DNA from: an uncultured bacterium
GTDB taxonomy: Bacteria; Omnitrophota; Gorgyraeia; Zapsychrales; Aceulaceae
Length of the DNA stretch: 64,000 nt
Direction of reading: 5' to 3'
Assembly: GCA_937930175.1 (NCBI GenBank)
Contig: CALGLP010000006.1
Location: 129,749-193,748, forward strand
Position numbers and translations under genes: made by a program. A model generated the notes under the pieces. It was not told the origin of the DNA. It did not search any database and saw nothing but the letters and a program-made list of their open reading frames with translations. Positions within the stretch are counted from its first letter, which is position 1. Every line of letters begins with the position of its first letter. Below, one piece after another: positions 1-8,038 of the stretch.

Positions 1-23
1 CTTTATTCATAGAACCTCTTTGC

Positions 24-410
24 TTAATAATTGCCTTGGGATTGGATAAAACTTTTTTCAATTTTCTGAAGGATTTCTTCCGCCTCTGGAGTTGCCTGTT
101 CGATCTCAACACGAATATCATAAATGGTATTAGGAACTTTTTCCTTGGAATCAACGACTTTGGTGATGATGTTGATGGTTTGCCCCATGTAAGGAGTCTT
201 GATCATGGTCTGAAGCCTTGTGCCAACAGCTAGGGCAAAACTACTTGAAAAACAAAGCCCTCCGCGGCTGATGTTTTTTAGTTGGGAAACGCAATGATCC
301 GCATCTTTTTTGTCAAGATCATACGCTGTGAGGATGAAATGTTTTTCAATACGAGGATGCTTGCGACGTTCTTGTCCAGGACCAGGCTTGTTGGTAAAAG
401 GAAGTGTCAT
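24..410 (-). CDS. PilZ-domain c-di-GMP receptor protein
   Basis: 128 aa. RxxxR motif (RRKHPRIE) and DxSxGG motif (NISRGGL) typical of PilZ. Confidence 0.7.
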   Translation of the reverse strand: MTLPFTNKPGPGQERRKHPRIEKHFILTAYDLDKKDADHCVSQLKNISRGGLCFSSSFALAVGTRLQTMIKTPYMGQTINIITKVVDSKEKVPNTIYDIRVEIEQATPEAEEILQKIEKSFIQSQGNY

Positions 411-434
411 AGATTGCTCCTTCGTTTATTAAAG

Positions 435-513
435 ATGGTCGGAGCGGTGAGATTCGAACTCACGACCACTTGAACCCCATTCAAGTGCGCTAATCCAAGC
501 TGCGCTACGCTCC
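435..513 (-). tRNA. tRNA-Pro (anticodon GGG)
   Basis: Reverse-complement folds as a cloverleaf. Acceptor CGGAGCG/CGCTCCG, T-loop TTCGAAT, anticodon loop ATGGGGT with G37, discriminator A, encoded CCA. Confidence 0.8.
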
Positions 514-521
514 GAAATTTC

Positions 522-1514
522 TTATTCTGCTTTTAATTTTCTTGTCATTAAATCTTTAACAGCATCACGTGGATTCTTCTTTTGATAAAGAATACGAAAA
601 ACTTCCGTTGTGATGGGCATACTTATAGCGTGTTTGCGACTTAATTGATAAATGGATTTTGTGGTTGGCACGCCTTCGGCAATCATTTCTGTTGAGGCAA
701 GGAAGTTTTTAAGTGTTTTTCCCTTGCCAAGTTCTTCGCCAAGCTGACGATTGCGGCTTTGAGGGCTAAAGCATGTTGTGGCCAGATCCCCCAATCCGCT
801 TAATCCAAAGAACGTTTGTTTTCTTGCCCCCAAAATTTCACCCAGTCTTGCCATTTCTGCAAGACCACGGCAAAGAATCGCGGATTTAGTATTTGCCCCA
901 AAACCAAGCCCATCGCAAACACCGCAGGCAATGGCAATGATATTCTTGATGCTTCCGCCTAACTCTACGCCTATCATATCAGAGTTTGTATAAATACGAA
1001 AGGATTGTGAATGAAAAATTTTCTGTAATTCTTTTGCTAAGGCAGGATTGCGGGCGGCAATGACCGCTGTTGAAGGAATCTTTGATGCGACTTCCCCGGC
1101 AATAGTTGGTCCAGATAAGACCGCGAGCGGAACATTACCTAGAGTCTGGTGAATAAGTTGAGATATGCGGATAAGCTTGACATTGTCCATTCCTTTGATC
1201 ACGCTTAAGAATGTTTTATGGGAATAGTCCTGTTTCTTGATCTCTAAGAGAACCGATTTGATGTATTGTGAAGGAGTTGCGAGGACGATCAAGTTAGATT
1301 GCGCTATGGCAGCTTGAAGATCGCTTGTTATTTCAATTTTTTTTGGGATTTTAACGCCAGGTAAGAATTTTGTGTTATTTCGTGTTCTTGCAACGCGTGC
1401 GACATATTGAGGAAAAGCGCCCCAGAGTTTTACCTGAAAACCTTGTTCGCAAAGATGGATCGCAAGGGTTGTCCCCCATCCGCCATCCCCGATGACAGCA
1501 ATTATTTTAGTCAT
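522..1514 (-). CDS. gpsA: NAD(P)H-dependent glycerol-3-phosphate dehydrogenase
   Basis: 330 aa. N-terminal GxGxxG Rossmann motif (IGDGGWGT). Full-length similarity pattern to GpsA (…GANTKSA…LGDL…). Confidence 0.9.
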   Translation of the reverse strand: MTKIIAVIGDGGWGTTLAIHLCEQGFQVKLWGAFPQYVARVARTRNNTKFLPGVKIPKKIEITSDLQAAIAQSNLIVLATPSQYIKSVLLEIKKQDYSHKTFLSVIKGMDNVKLIRISQLIHQTLGNVPLAVLSGPTIAGEVASKIPSTAVIAARNPALAKELQKIFHSQSFRIYTNSDMIGVELGGSIKNIIAIACGVCDGLGFGANTKSAILCRGLAEMARLGEILGARKQTFFGLSGLGDLATTCFSPQSRNRQLGEELGKGKTLKNFLASTEMIAEGVPTTKSIYQLSRKHAISMPITTEVFRILYQKKNPRDAVKDLMTRKLKAE

Positions 1515-1647
1515 GCGTAATACCCTATTTATATTTATTATATGTATATATTAGTATAATCCATGTCGATAAGCTTTCAAGAAAAAAAGTCGAAAGGTTT
1601 TGGTCGTTATAACGATTGACAGAAAGAATGCGAAAGGGTTTCAGCGT

Positions 1648-2352
1648 TTATCGCCAAACAAAAAGTTCTCGGAAGACTTCGAACATGTAGGCAGCACCCC
1701 AGCGTAAAATTTGAAGCTTGCGCTCCCCTCCTTCGCGCTTGGGCTCATCTCCAGGGATTTCACCTAGTTTTAATTTTCGTTTTGCTGCGCGAATGGAGAG
1801 AAGAGGCTCCCAGCTAACATTGGTGTGAAAAAGCTTTTCTTCAAATGCGTAGCTAGAATCTTTGTGCAGATCGAGATCGTAGATGAGTTTTGTTTTATAG
1901 GCGCGAAACATGACCATCGCATCGGTGTAGCGAGCTCCATGAAAGATGTTGATAAATGTTGTAAAAAGTTTATTGCCGAAGGCCGTCACGATATCATCAT
2001 CATAGCTTTTAGCTCCCTGAAGATAGCGTGAAACAATGACCATGTCGTAGCCTTCTTTCATTTTGTTGATGCAATCGGGAATGAGCTCTGGAATGCTGTT
2101 GCCATCTGGGCTAAAGGTCAAGACGACGTCGCCTGTGATGTGTTCAAGGGCTTCGTTGTAGGCATTGCGCAGTCCCTTTTTCTTTTGGATGATTAGCGGA
2201 TAGCCTTGGGATTTAATGTATTCAATAGTTCCGTCAGTGGATTGGCCGTCTACAATGAGAAGCTGATCATACCATTCTTTTTTGATCCTGGGCATGATCG
2301 CCTTCATGCCTTGGATCTCATTGAGTGTTGGAAGAAATAAGGTGACTTTCAT
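1648..2352 (-). CDS. family 2 glycosyltransferase (Dpm1/GtrB-like catalytic domain)
   Basis: 234 aa. GT-A fold motifs: LIVDGQSTDGT near the N-terminus and a DxD-like region. Confidence 0.7.
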   Translation of the reverse strand: MKVTLFLPTLNEIQGMKAIMPRIKKEWYDQLLIVDGQSTDGTIEYIKSQGYPLIIQKKKGLRNAYNEALEHITGDVVLTFSPDGNSIPELIPDCINKMKEGYDMVIVSRYLQGAKSYDDDIVTAFGNKLFTTFINIFHGARYTDAMVMFRAYKTKLIYDLDLHKDSSYAFEEKLFHTNVSWEPLLSIRAAKRKLKLGEIPGDEPKREGGERKLQILRWGAAYMFEVFRELFVWR

Positions 2353-2372
2353 GTGTGCTGCCTTTCAAAATA

Positions 2373-2446
2373 TGGAGCGAGAGAAGGGAATCGAACCCTC
2401 GTGACCAGCTTGGAAGGCTAGCGTTCTGCCACTGAACTACTCTCGC
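2373..2446 (-). tRNA. tRNA-Gly (anticodon TCC)
   Basis: Cloverleaf on minus strand. Acceptor GCGAGAG/CTCTCGC, anticodon loop CTTCCAA, T-loop TTCGATT, discriminator U, CCA encoded. Confidence 0.85.
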
Positions 2447-2459
2447 ATGCGATGAAACA

Positions 2460-2545
2460 TGGTGGGCAGAGAAGGATTCGAACCTCCGTAGTGCAAGCAC
2501 AGCAGATTTACAGTCTGCCCTCGTTGACCACTTGAGTATCTGCCC
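2460..2545 (-). tRNA. tRNA-Tyr (anticodon GTA)
   Basis: 86 nt with long variable arm. Anticodon loop CTGTAAA, T-loop TTCGAAT, CCA encoded. Confidence 0.85.
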
Positions 2546-2552
2546 TTTAAAA

Positions 2553-2574
2553 TGGAGCTGGCGAGAGGCCTCGA
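2553..2574 (-). other. partial duplicate of the tRNA-Thr 3' end (T-arm/acceptor/CCA fragment)
   Basis: TCGAGGCCTCTCGCCAGCTCCA (minus strand) matches the 3' end of the adjacent tRNA-Thr (TTCGAAGCCTCTCGCCAGCT) with 2 mismatches. It sits in the 148-bp spacer between tRNA-Thr and tRNA-Tyr. Confidence 0.5.
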
Positions 2575-2693
2575 CGCCGATTTTTCCTCCTTTTGTTTTT
2601 AGGAGGAAACCGGCACATCGTCTTCTTCTGGACAGGTCACAGGAAAAGACGATGACCCCCCGACACTCAGCCCTGAAAATCTTCAAGTTTTTA

Positions 2694-2766
2694 AGCTGGC
2701 GAGAGGCTTCGAACCCCCGACCTGCTGATTACAAGTCAGCTGCTCTACCAACTGAGCTACGCCAGC
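2694..2766 (-). tRNA. tRNA-Thr (anticodon TGT)
   Basis: Acceptor GCTGGCG/CGCCAGC, D-arm GCTCAGTTGGTAGAGC, anticodon loop CTTGTAA. T-arm pairing is slightly irregular. No encoded CCA. Confidence 0.75.
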
Positions 2767-3028
2767 AAATTAAACAAAGGAACGGTGTTAACGCTAAAAA
2801 CTGTTTCAGAGCTGCACCATGGTTGCATTTTTATTGATAAAACGGTGTTATTTATACCAGATTTTTATAGGGCTGTAAAGGGTGATTTGCTGAAAAGTTT
2901 GCTGAAAAGTAAAAGGGATCTTTTCTCTTTCCTTTTTTATTGATTTTTAAAATGCGCTATGATAGTCTACCTTCTGTTTAAACAAGCGTTCATTTTATAT
3001 CTTACATTATAAAAAGGAGAAAAAGAGA

Positions 3029-4234
3029 ATGAAAAATATTGGCATTATTACAAGTGGTGGTGATTGTGGAGGTCTAAACGCTGTTGTGAAAGGTGTTGCC
3101 CAAATGGCGCATCGTAAGGGTTTGTCGTGCTATGTGATCCCCAATGGATATGCGGGACTTTATAATCTTGTTGATTTTAATAGCCTCGTTGAATTGACGC
3201 CAGAGCGTGTTGATTCCGTGAGCTCTGCCCTGGCCGGATCAGAAGCGGGACATTCGAGGGTCAAGATCTCCAAGATTAAGGATGAAAAGAAGTATGATCG
3301 CATCAAACAAGGTTTAAAGAAATTTGGGATCGATGGTCTTGTTATTAGCGGTGGCGATGACACCGGAAGTGTGATCGTGGATCTTTCAGAACAAGGGATT
3401 AAATGCGTTCATGCGCCTAAAACGATGGACCTAGATCTTCAAACGTATTCTGTGGGTGCGGATTCAACGATTAGTCGCATTGCGACATTTGCCGAAGATT
3501 TAAAAACAACAGGACGCACGCATAATCGTATTATTGTGCTTGAGGTTTTTGGTCGTTATGCAGGACACACGGCATTTCGTGGCGGTGTTGCCGCGGATGT
3601 GGATGCGATTTTGATTCCGGAGATCCCTGTTGACTTTGATGTTCTATATCAGCATGCCAAAAAACGCTTTGCAAAGCGTATTGAACAAAGCGATGTTAGA
3701 GCTGGTACGTATATGATTATTGTCGCTGAGGGATTAAAGAATTCAAATGGCGAAGAGCTTGTGGATGAATCTGCGGGTATTGATGCTTTTGGTCATAAAA
3801 AACTTGCGGGAGCTGGAAAATTTGTTTGTCAGGAGTTGAGTAAGCGTTTTAAGCAAGACGCAACAGTCAAAGAATTTATGAAGAAAGAAAAAATGTATGT
3901 TGAGGGTCTCTATGAAATTCCTGAGGTGCGCTCGGTGATGCCTGGCCACTTGGTCCGTTGTGGTCGCTCGTCTGCTTATGATGCGAATTTTGGTAAAGAA
4001 GCTGGAGCTGCGGCTGTTCTTTTGTTGACGGGAGGCATTGATGGCGTGACCGTTGTTGGCGTGAGCGGAAAAAAGATCCGCTACATGGCCACCAAGGAAG
4101 CCATCAAGCAGCGTCATGTGGACCTCGACCTTATTCCTTTGCATGAAACGATGGGCATTTGTTTTGGTCGTGAGCGACAGAGCTTGAGTCCTGTTTTTGA
4201 AAAAGTTGTTGCACCGATTGAGCGACATCTTTAA
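3029..4234 (+). CDS. pfp: 6-phosphofructokinase, probably pyrophosphate-dependent (PPi-PFK)
   Basis: 401 aa PFK fold (TSGGDCGGLNAV; GGDDTGS; PKTMDLDL). Both residues that discriminate PPi- from ATP-PFKs are of the PPi type: Asp at the E. coli G104 position (GGDD) and Lys at the G124 position (PKT vs PGT). AGGAG RBS 10 nt upstream of the ATG. Confidence 0.8.
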   Translation: MKNIGIITSGGDCGGLNAVVKGVAQMAHRKGLSCYVIPNGYAGLYNLVDFNSLVELTPERVDSVSSALAGSEAGHSRVKISKIKDEKKYDRIKQGLKKFGIDGLVISGGDDTGSVIVDLSEQGIKCVHAPKTMDLDLQTYSVGADSTISRIATFAEDLKTTGRTHNRIIVLEVFGRYAGHTAFRGGVAADVDAILIPEIPVDFDVLYQHAKKRFAKRIEQSDVRAGTYMIIVAEGLKNSNGEELVDESAGIDAFGHKKLAGAGKFVCQELSKRFKQDATVKEFMKKEKMYVEGLYEIPEVRSVMPGHLVRCGRSSAYDANFGKEAGAAAVLLLTGGIDGVTVVGVSGKKIRYMATKEAIKQRHVDLDLIPLHETMGICFGRERQSLSPVFEKVVAPIERHL

Positions 4235-4254
4235 ACATTAGAATTATTAAATGA

Positions 4255-4292
4255 AGAAGCGCCTTTCCATTGGGAAAGGCGCTTTTTGTTTA
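4255..4292. terminator. Rho-independent terminator between convergent pfk and nnr
   Basis: GC-rich hairpin GAAGCGCCTTTCC-attg-GGAAAGGCGCTT followed by TTTTGTTT. Confidence 0.6.
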
Positions 4293-4323
4293 AAGGCGAA
4301 ATAAGTGTTAAGCGAGAAATTAG

Positions 4324-5208
4324 TTAAAGCGTAGACCGTTTCTTAGGCATTGATTGTTGTATGGCACGCATGGCCGTTGGTAGGCTTTCAATTAGATCTG
4401 TTGCGATTAGAGAAGTCTTTCCTTTTTGGCGCGCGGCCATATCCCCTGCTTTTCCATGAAGGAAGACGCCAATCTTTGCCGCCTCAAAGCTATCAATGTC
4501 TTGAGCGAGTAAGGCCGCAATAATTCCGGTTAAGGCATCCCCCATTCCTGCCTTGGCCATGCCAGCATTGCCTGTGTCATTGACGTAAACTTTTCCTTGG
4601 GGAGAAGCCACAACAGTTCGATGCCCTTTAAGAACGAGAATGCATTGGTAGTTTTTTGCGAAATCTTTAGCCACCGTCTTGCGATGATCTTCAATAAAAG
4701 CAACGGATCGCTTGATTAAGCGGTTCATTTCTCCAGGGTGTGGAGTCAAGATTTTGATTGAGTTTGTTTTACGTAGGATATTTAAATTCCCTGTGATGGC
4801 ATTGAGCGCGTCAGCATCGATTACCATAGGAGCCGTAAGCGAAGAAATGATCTTTAATAGGAGTTTTTTTGTTAAAGGATCTTGAGACATCCCAGGACCA
4901 AGGGCAATCGCATTATAGCGCGAGGATTCTTTTTTTATGTCAGGATAAGCTTTGATGGAGAGGCTTTGCTCTTTTGTTTCGTTAAGTGGCAAGGTCATGA
5001 CCGTTGAAGAGATCTTTTTCTGGGCAGTCATATTAAGGCTTTTGGCAATTCCCAGCGTCACGAGGCCCGCGCCTGATCGCATGGCAGCGGTGCATGCCAA
5101 GGCGCTTGCGCCAAGCATGCGTTTTGAGCCAGCCAGAATAAGGACATGGCCAAAATCATTTTTGTGGCAGTTAGGATTATGTCGTAATAGTGGCGCTGGC
5201 AACTGCAT
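4324..5208 (-). CDS. nnrD: ADP-dependent NAD(P)H-hydrate dehydratase (YjeF C-terminal / carbohydrate-kinase-like domain)
   Basis: Motif HVLILAGS…GAGLVTLG…GHRTVVASP…GDALTG. I moved the start to the internal Met (MQLPAPLLRHNPN) because the long ORF would overlap acpS by about 200 bp. Confidence 0.75.
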   Translation of the reverse strand: MQLPAPLLRHNPNCHKNDFGHVLILAGSKRMLGASALACTAAMRSGAGLVTLGIAKSLNMTAQKKISSTVMTLPLNETKEQSLSIKAYPDIKKESSRYNAIALGPGMSQDPLTKKLLLKIISSLTAPMVIDADALNAITGNLNILRKTNSIKILTPHPGEMNRLIKRSVAFIEDHRKTVAKDFAKNYQCILVLKGHRTVVASPQGKVYVNDTGNAGMAKAGMGDALTGIIAALLAQDIDSFEAAKIGVFLHGKAGDMAARQKGKTSLIATDLIESLPTAMRAIQQSMPKKRSTL

Positions 5209-5527
5209 ATTCTTTTGTGTGCGACATGGAGATGAGAATTTTTTGTTTGAATTCTTGATGATGGAAAAGGCAGGAAGGCTTGCCGCTGTGTTGATTGATG
5301 ATCTCAATATCTTTCCAGCCGATATCCGCGTTCTCTCCAATGGCTTTGAGGACCGCCTCTTTGGCCGCAAAACGGGCAGCAAAATGCTGGTCAGGAAAAC
5401 GGCGTTTTCTGGCGTAGGCGATTTCTTGGTCTGTGAAAATATGCTTCAGGAAGTCATCTCCCCATCGTTCAATCGCTTTTGCGATGCGGCTCACTTCAAT
5501 GATATCGATGCCCTGTCCAAGAATCAT
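5177..5527 (-). CDS. acpS: holo-[acyl-carrier-protein] synthase
   Basis: 116 aa. MILGQGIDIIEVSRI start and FAAKEAVLKA motif, classic AcpS. Stop/start overlap with pdxJ, the conserved pdxJ-acpS pairing. Confidence 0.85.
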   Translation of the reverse strand: MILGQGIDIIEVSRIAKAIERWGDDFLKHIFTDQEIAYARKRRFPDQHFAARFAAKEAVLKAIGENADIGWKDIEIINQHSGKPSCLFHHQEFKQKILISMSHTKEYAVASATITT

Positions 5528-6243
5528 TGTGACCTTACGATGGTTATCATTTCGCGAACAGCCTTAGGCAAACCAACAAAAAGGGATCTTGTGATAATCG
5601 CGTGTCCAATATTAAGTTCGTTTATTCCCTTGATGGCGGCAATGGCGCGGGTGTTGTGATAATTTAAACCATGACCAGCATTCACGACAAGCCCAAGCTT
5701 GTTACCTAGAGCAACAGCATTACGGATTTTCTTTAGTTCTTGCTGTGTTTTATGTTTCGTTTGAGCATTGGCATATGCGCCAGTGTGAATCTCAATGGAT
5801 TCTGCCCCTGTTTCTTTGGCTTTTAAGATTTGATTCTTATGGGGGTCAATAAAAAGACTGATTATGATTTTACGTGCTTGAAGGATTGTGACAACTTTTT
5901 TTATTGTGGAGAAGTTTTTAACAATATCTAGGCCGCCTTCGGTTGTGAGTTCTTGACGTTTTTCTGGAACAAGCGTTGCTTGATCAGGTCGTAGAGCGCA
6001 GGCAATGCCAACAATGGCGTCTTGGATGGACATTTCGAGATTAAAGCGTGTACACACAGTTTTGCGCAGCTTTTGGATATCGTCATCGTTAATATGGCGG
6101 CGATCTTCTCGCAGATGCGCAACAATGCTATGGGCTCCTGCGCTTTCGCAGAGTTTTGCCCCGTGCACGGGGTCAGGATGCTCTCCGCCTCTTGCTTGGC
6201 GAAGAGTTGCAATGTGATCAATGTTCACGCCGAGTTTTGGCAT
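5524..6243 (-). CDS. pdxJ: pyridoxine 5'-phosphate synthase
   Basis: 239 aa. LGVNIDHIATLRQARG…HLREDRRHI motifs typical of PdxJ. Confidence 0.9.
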   Translation of the reverse strand: MPKLGVNIDHIATLRQARGGEHPDPVHGAKLCESAGAHSIVAHLREDRRHINDDDIQKLRKTVCTRFNLEMSIQDAIVGIACALRPDQATLVPEKRQELTTEGGLDIVKNFSTIKKVVTILQARKIIISLFIDPHKNQILKAKETGAESIEIHTGAYANAQTKHKTQQELKKIRNAVALGNKLGLVVNAGHGLNYHNTRAIAAIKGINELNIGHAIITRSLFVGLPKAVREMITIVRSQ

Positions 6244-6256
6244 AAGATTAAAAAGG

Positions 6257-6358
6257 TTAGTAGCGACGTAAGAGTTCTTGGATGTAAACCCATGTCATAA
6301 CGGCAAGGCCCAAGGCAATAATTTTAAGTGTTAAATTATGACGAAACCATTTGTTCAT
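6257..6358 (-). pseudogene. 33-aa remnant resembling the N-terminus (signal-anchor) of the CdaA regulator CdaR/YbbR
   Basis: Not in the ORF track. Translation is MNKWFRHNLTLKIIALGLAVMTWVYIQELLRRY. It starts 1 nt after the cdaA stop, the position cdaR normally occupies, and resembles only the N-terminal TM segment of YbbR proteins. Confidence 0.35.
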
Positions 6359-7131
6359 GCTTTTTCTTTCTGTCCAACGAGTAAGCTTTTTAAGATGCTT
6401 GAAAAATTTTCTTTGCTGACAATTGGAATAAAGCGGCCCTCAGAGGCCACGGAGATGTTGCCAGTTTCTTCAGAGACCATGACAGCGATCGCGTCAGTTT
6501 GTTCGGTCAAACCCAAGGCCGCGCGATGACGCGTGCCAATAATTTTACTTAAGTTGATATTCTCCGACAACGGAAACAAGCAGGCTGCAGCCAAGATGCG
6601 GTCGTTGCGGATAATGATGCCTCCATCGTGGAGTGGGGATGTTGGGACAAAGATGCTTTGAATGATTTCGGAGGTAACCTTGCCGTCAATGGCGACTCCG
6701 CTTTCGATATAGGTTTTGAGTTTCGTTTCTTTTTCAAGGGCAATCAGGCACCCAATTTTTCGTCGCGCAAGCTTGTGTGTTGCGGCCATGATTTCTTCAA
6801 TCATCGCTGTAATTTCTGACTCTTCAAGACTTCCGACAAAAAGATGTTGTTGACCTAGGCGGGCCAAGCCTTGACGTATTTCCTGCTGGAAAATGATCAA
6901 GAAGGCTAAGACGGATATGGTAAAGAAATAGCGTAATAGTAAGGTCAATGTGGTCAATCCTATAAATTCAAAAATAAGAAATCCAATCAGGAGATAAATA
7001 AGACCTTTTAAGACTTGAAAAGCTTTTGTTCCGTTAAAAAAAGCCAGGATTTGATAGAAGACAGCCCAGAGAATAAGAATCTCAGCGATGGGCTTTGATG
7101 TATTCCAGATTGTGAGAATTGTTGGCAGCAT
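6355..7131 (-). CDS. cdaA: diadenylate cyclase (c-di-AMP synthase), membrane-anchored
   Basis: 258 aa. Three N-terminal TM helices then a DAC domain (DGA/HDGGIII…LGTRHRAALG…ETGNISVASEG). Confidence 0.85.
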   Translation of the reverse strand: MLPTILTIWNTSKPIAEILILWAVFYQILAFFNGTKAFQVLKGLIYLLIGFLIFEFIGLTTLTLLLRYFFTISVLAFLIIFQQEIRQGLARLGQQHLFVGSLEESEITAMIEEIMAATHKLARRKIGCLIALEKETKLKTYIESGVAIDGKVTSEIIQSIFVPTSPLHDGGIIIRNDRILAAACLFPLSENINLSKIIGTRHRAALGLTEQTDAIAVMVSEETGNISVASEGRFIPIVSKENFSSILKSLLVGQKEKA

Positions 7132-7142
7132 GGGCTAGATTT

Positions 7143-7937
7143 TTAGTTAGAATTTAGAATGGCATCTGTGACGCTAACAACATCATGCATTTGTCGCACG
7201 TCATGAACACGTACAATATGAGCACCATTTTGAATGCATGCGCAAACCGTTGCGGCTGTTCCCCAGATCCGATCCCAGGGGTCCTTGTTGATGATTGTTC
7301 CGATAAACGATTTGCGAGAAGTCCCAATTAGAATAGGTTTTCGCAGAGCCGAAAAAGCATCGAGGTGTTTAATAATTTCAAGATTATGCTCTGCGGTTTT
7401 TGCAAATCCAATCCCTGGATCAATAAGTATTCTATCTGATTTGATGCCTCTTTCCAAGCATTTTTGTACGGATTTCTCAAGCTCAGAAAGTATTTCTGCG
7501 ATGAGATTTTGATAGGAAATATTTTTTTGCATCGTTTGAGGTTTTTTTCGCATGTGCATTAAAACAATAGCCGCATGATATTCTTTGATTATTTTTAACA
7601 TGGCGAGAGATGGAGTTGTTCCCTTGATCGTGTTGACCATCACGGCCCCAGCCTCAAGGGCAAGTTTAGCGACTTCAGGCTTATAGGTATCGATTGAAAT
7701 GGGAATGTGCGTTTTTTTCGCTAAAAGACGGATGACGGGAACAACGCGTTGAGCTTCTTCTTTAATTGAAACAGGCTTTGATTCCGGACGCGTGGATTCT
7801 CCTCCGATGTCAAGGATATCTGCCCCCTCCTGGATGAGTTTAAGTCCATAGCGCATGTGGTTTTGGGGATCTTTGCCGAGTTTTGACAGAAGTCCGTCGG
7901 AGCTAAAAGAATCTGGGGTGATGTTGAGAATCCCCAT
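7143..7937 (-). CDS. folP: dihydropteroate synthase
   Basis: MGILNITPDSFSDGG…DILDIGGESTRP motifs. Start moved to the internal Met so it abuts the ftsH stop. Confidence 0.85.
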   Translation of the reverse strand: MGILNITPDSFSSDGLLSKLGKDPQNHMRYGLKLIQEGADILDIGGESTRPESKPVSIKEEAQRVVPVIRLLAKKTHIPISIDTYKPEVAKLALEAGAVMVNTIKGTTPSLAMLKIIKEYHAAIVLMHMRKKPQTMQKNISYQNLIAEILSELEKSVQKCLERGIKSDRILIDPGIGFAKTAEHNLEIIKHLDAFSALRKPILIGTSRKSFIGTIINKDPWDRIWGTAATVCACIQNGAHIVRVHDVRQMHDVVSVTDAILNSN

Positions 7938-8038
7938 GATTTTTGTTTGTGTCCCGAGCTTGATATTTAATTGGCAGGCTGAAAGGTTAAAGCAAGGCCT
8001 TTGCCATGACAGTTTTTGTTTTTGGCGCGGAGAGAACA

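Noticed and set aside
282-473. 63-aa + strand ORF ending in …RFELTTT
   Set aside because: It is the antisense of the PilZ gene and runs into the tRNA-Pro T-arm (GGTTCGAATCC read as FELT). Not coding.
2532-2837. + strand 101-aa ORF, and the 2318..2686 minus ORF, over the tRNA array
   Set aside because: They overlap three well-formed tRNA genes. They are spurious ORFs created by tRNA sequence.
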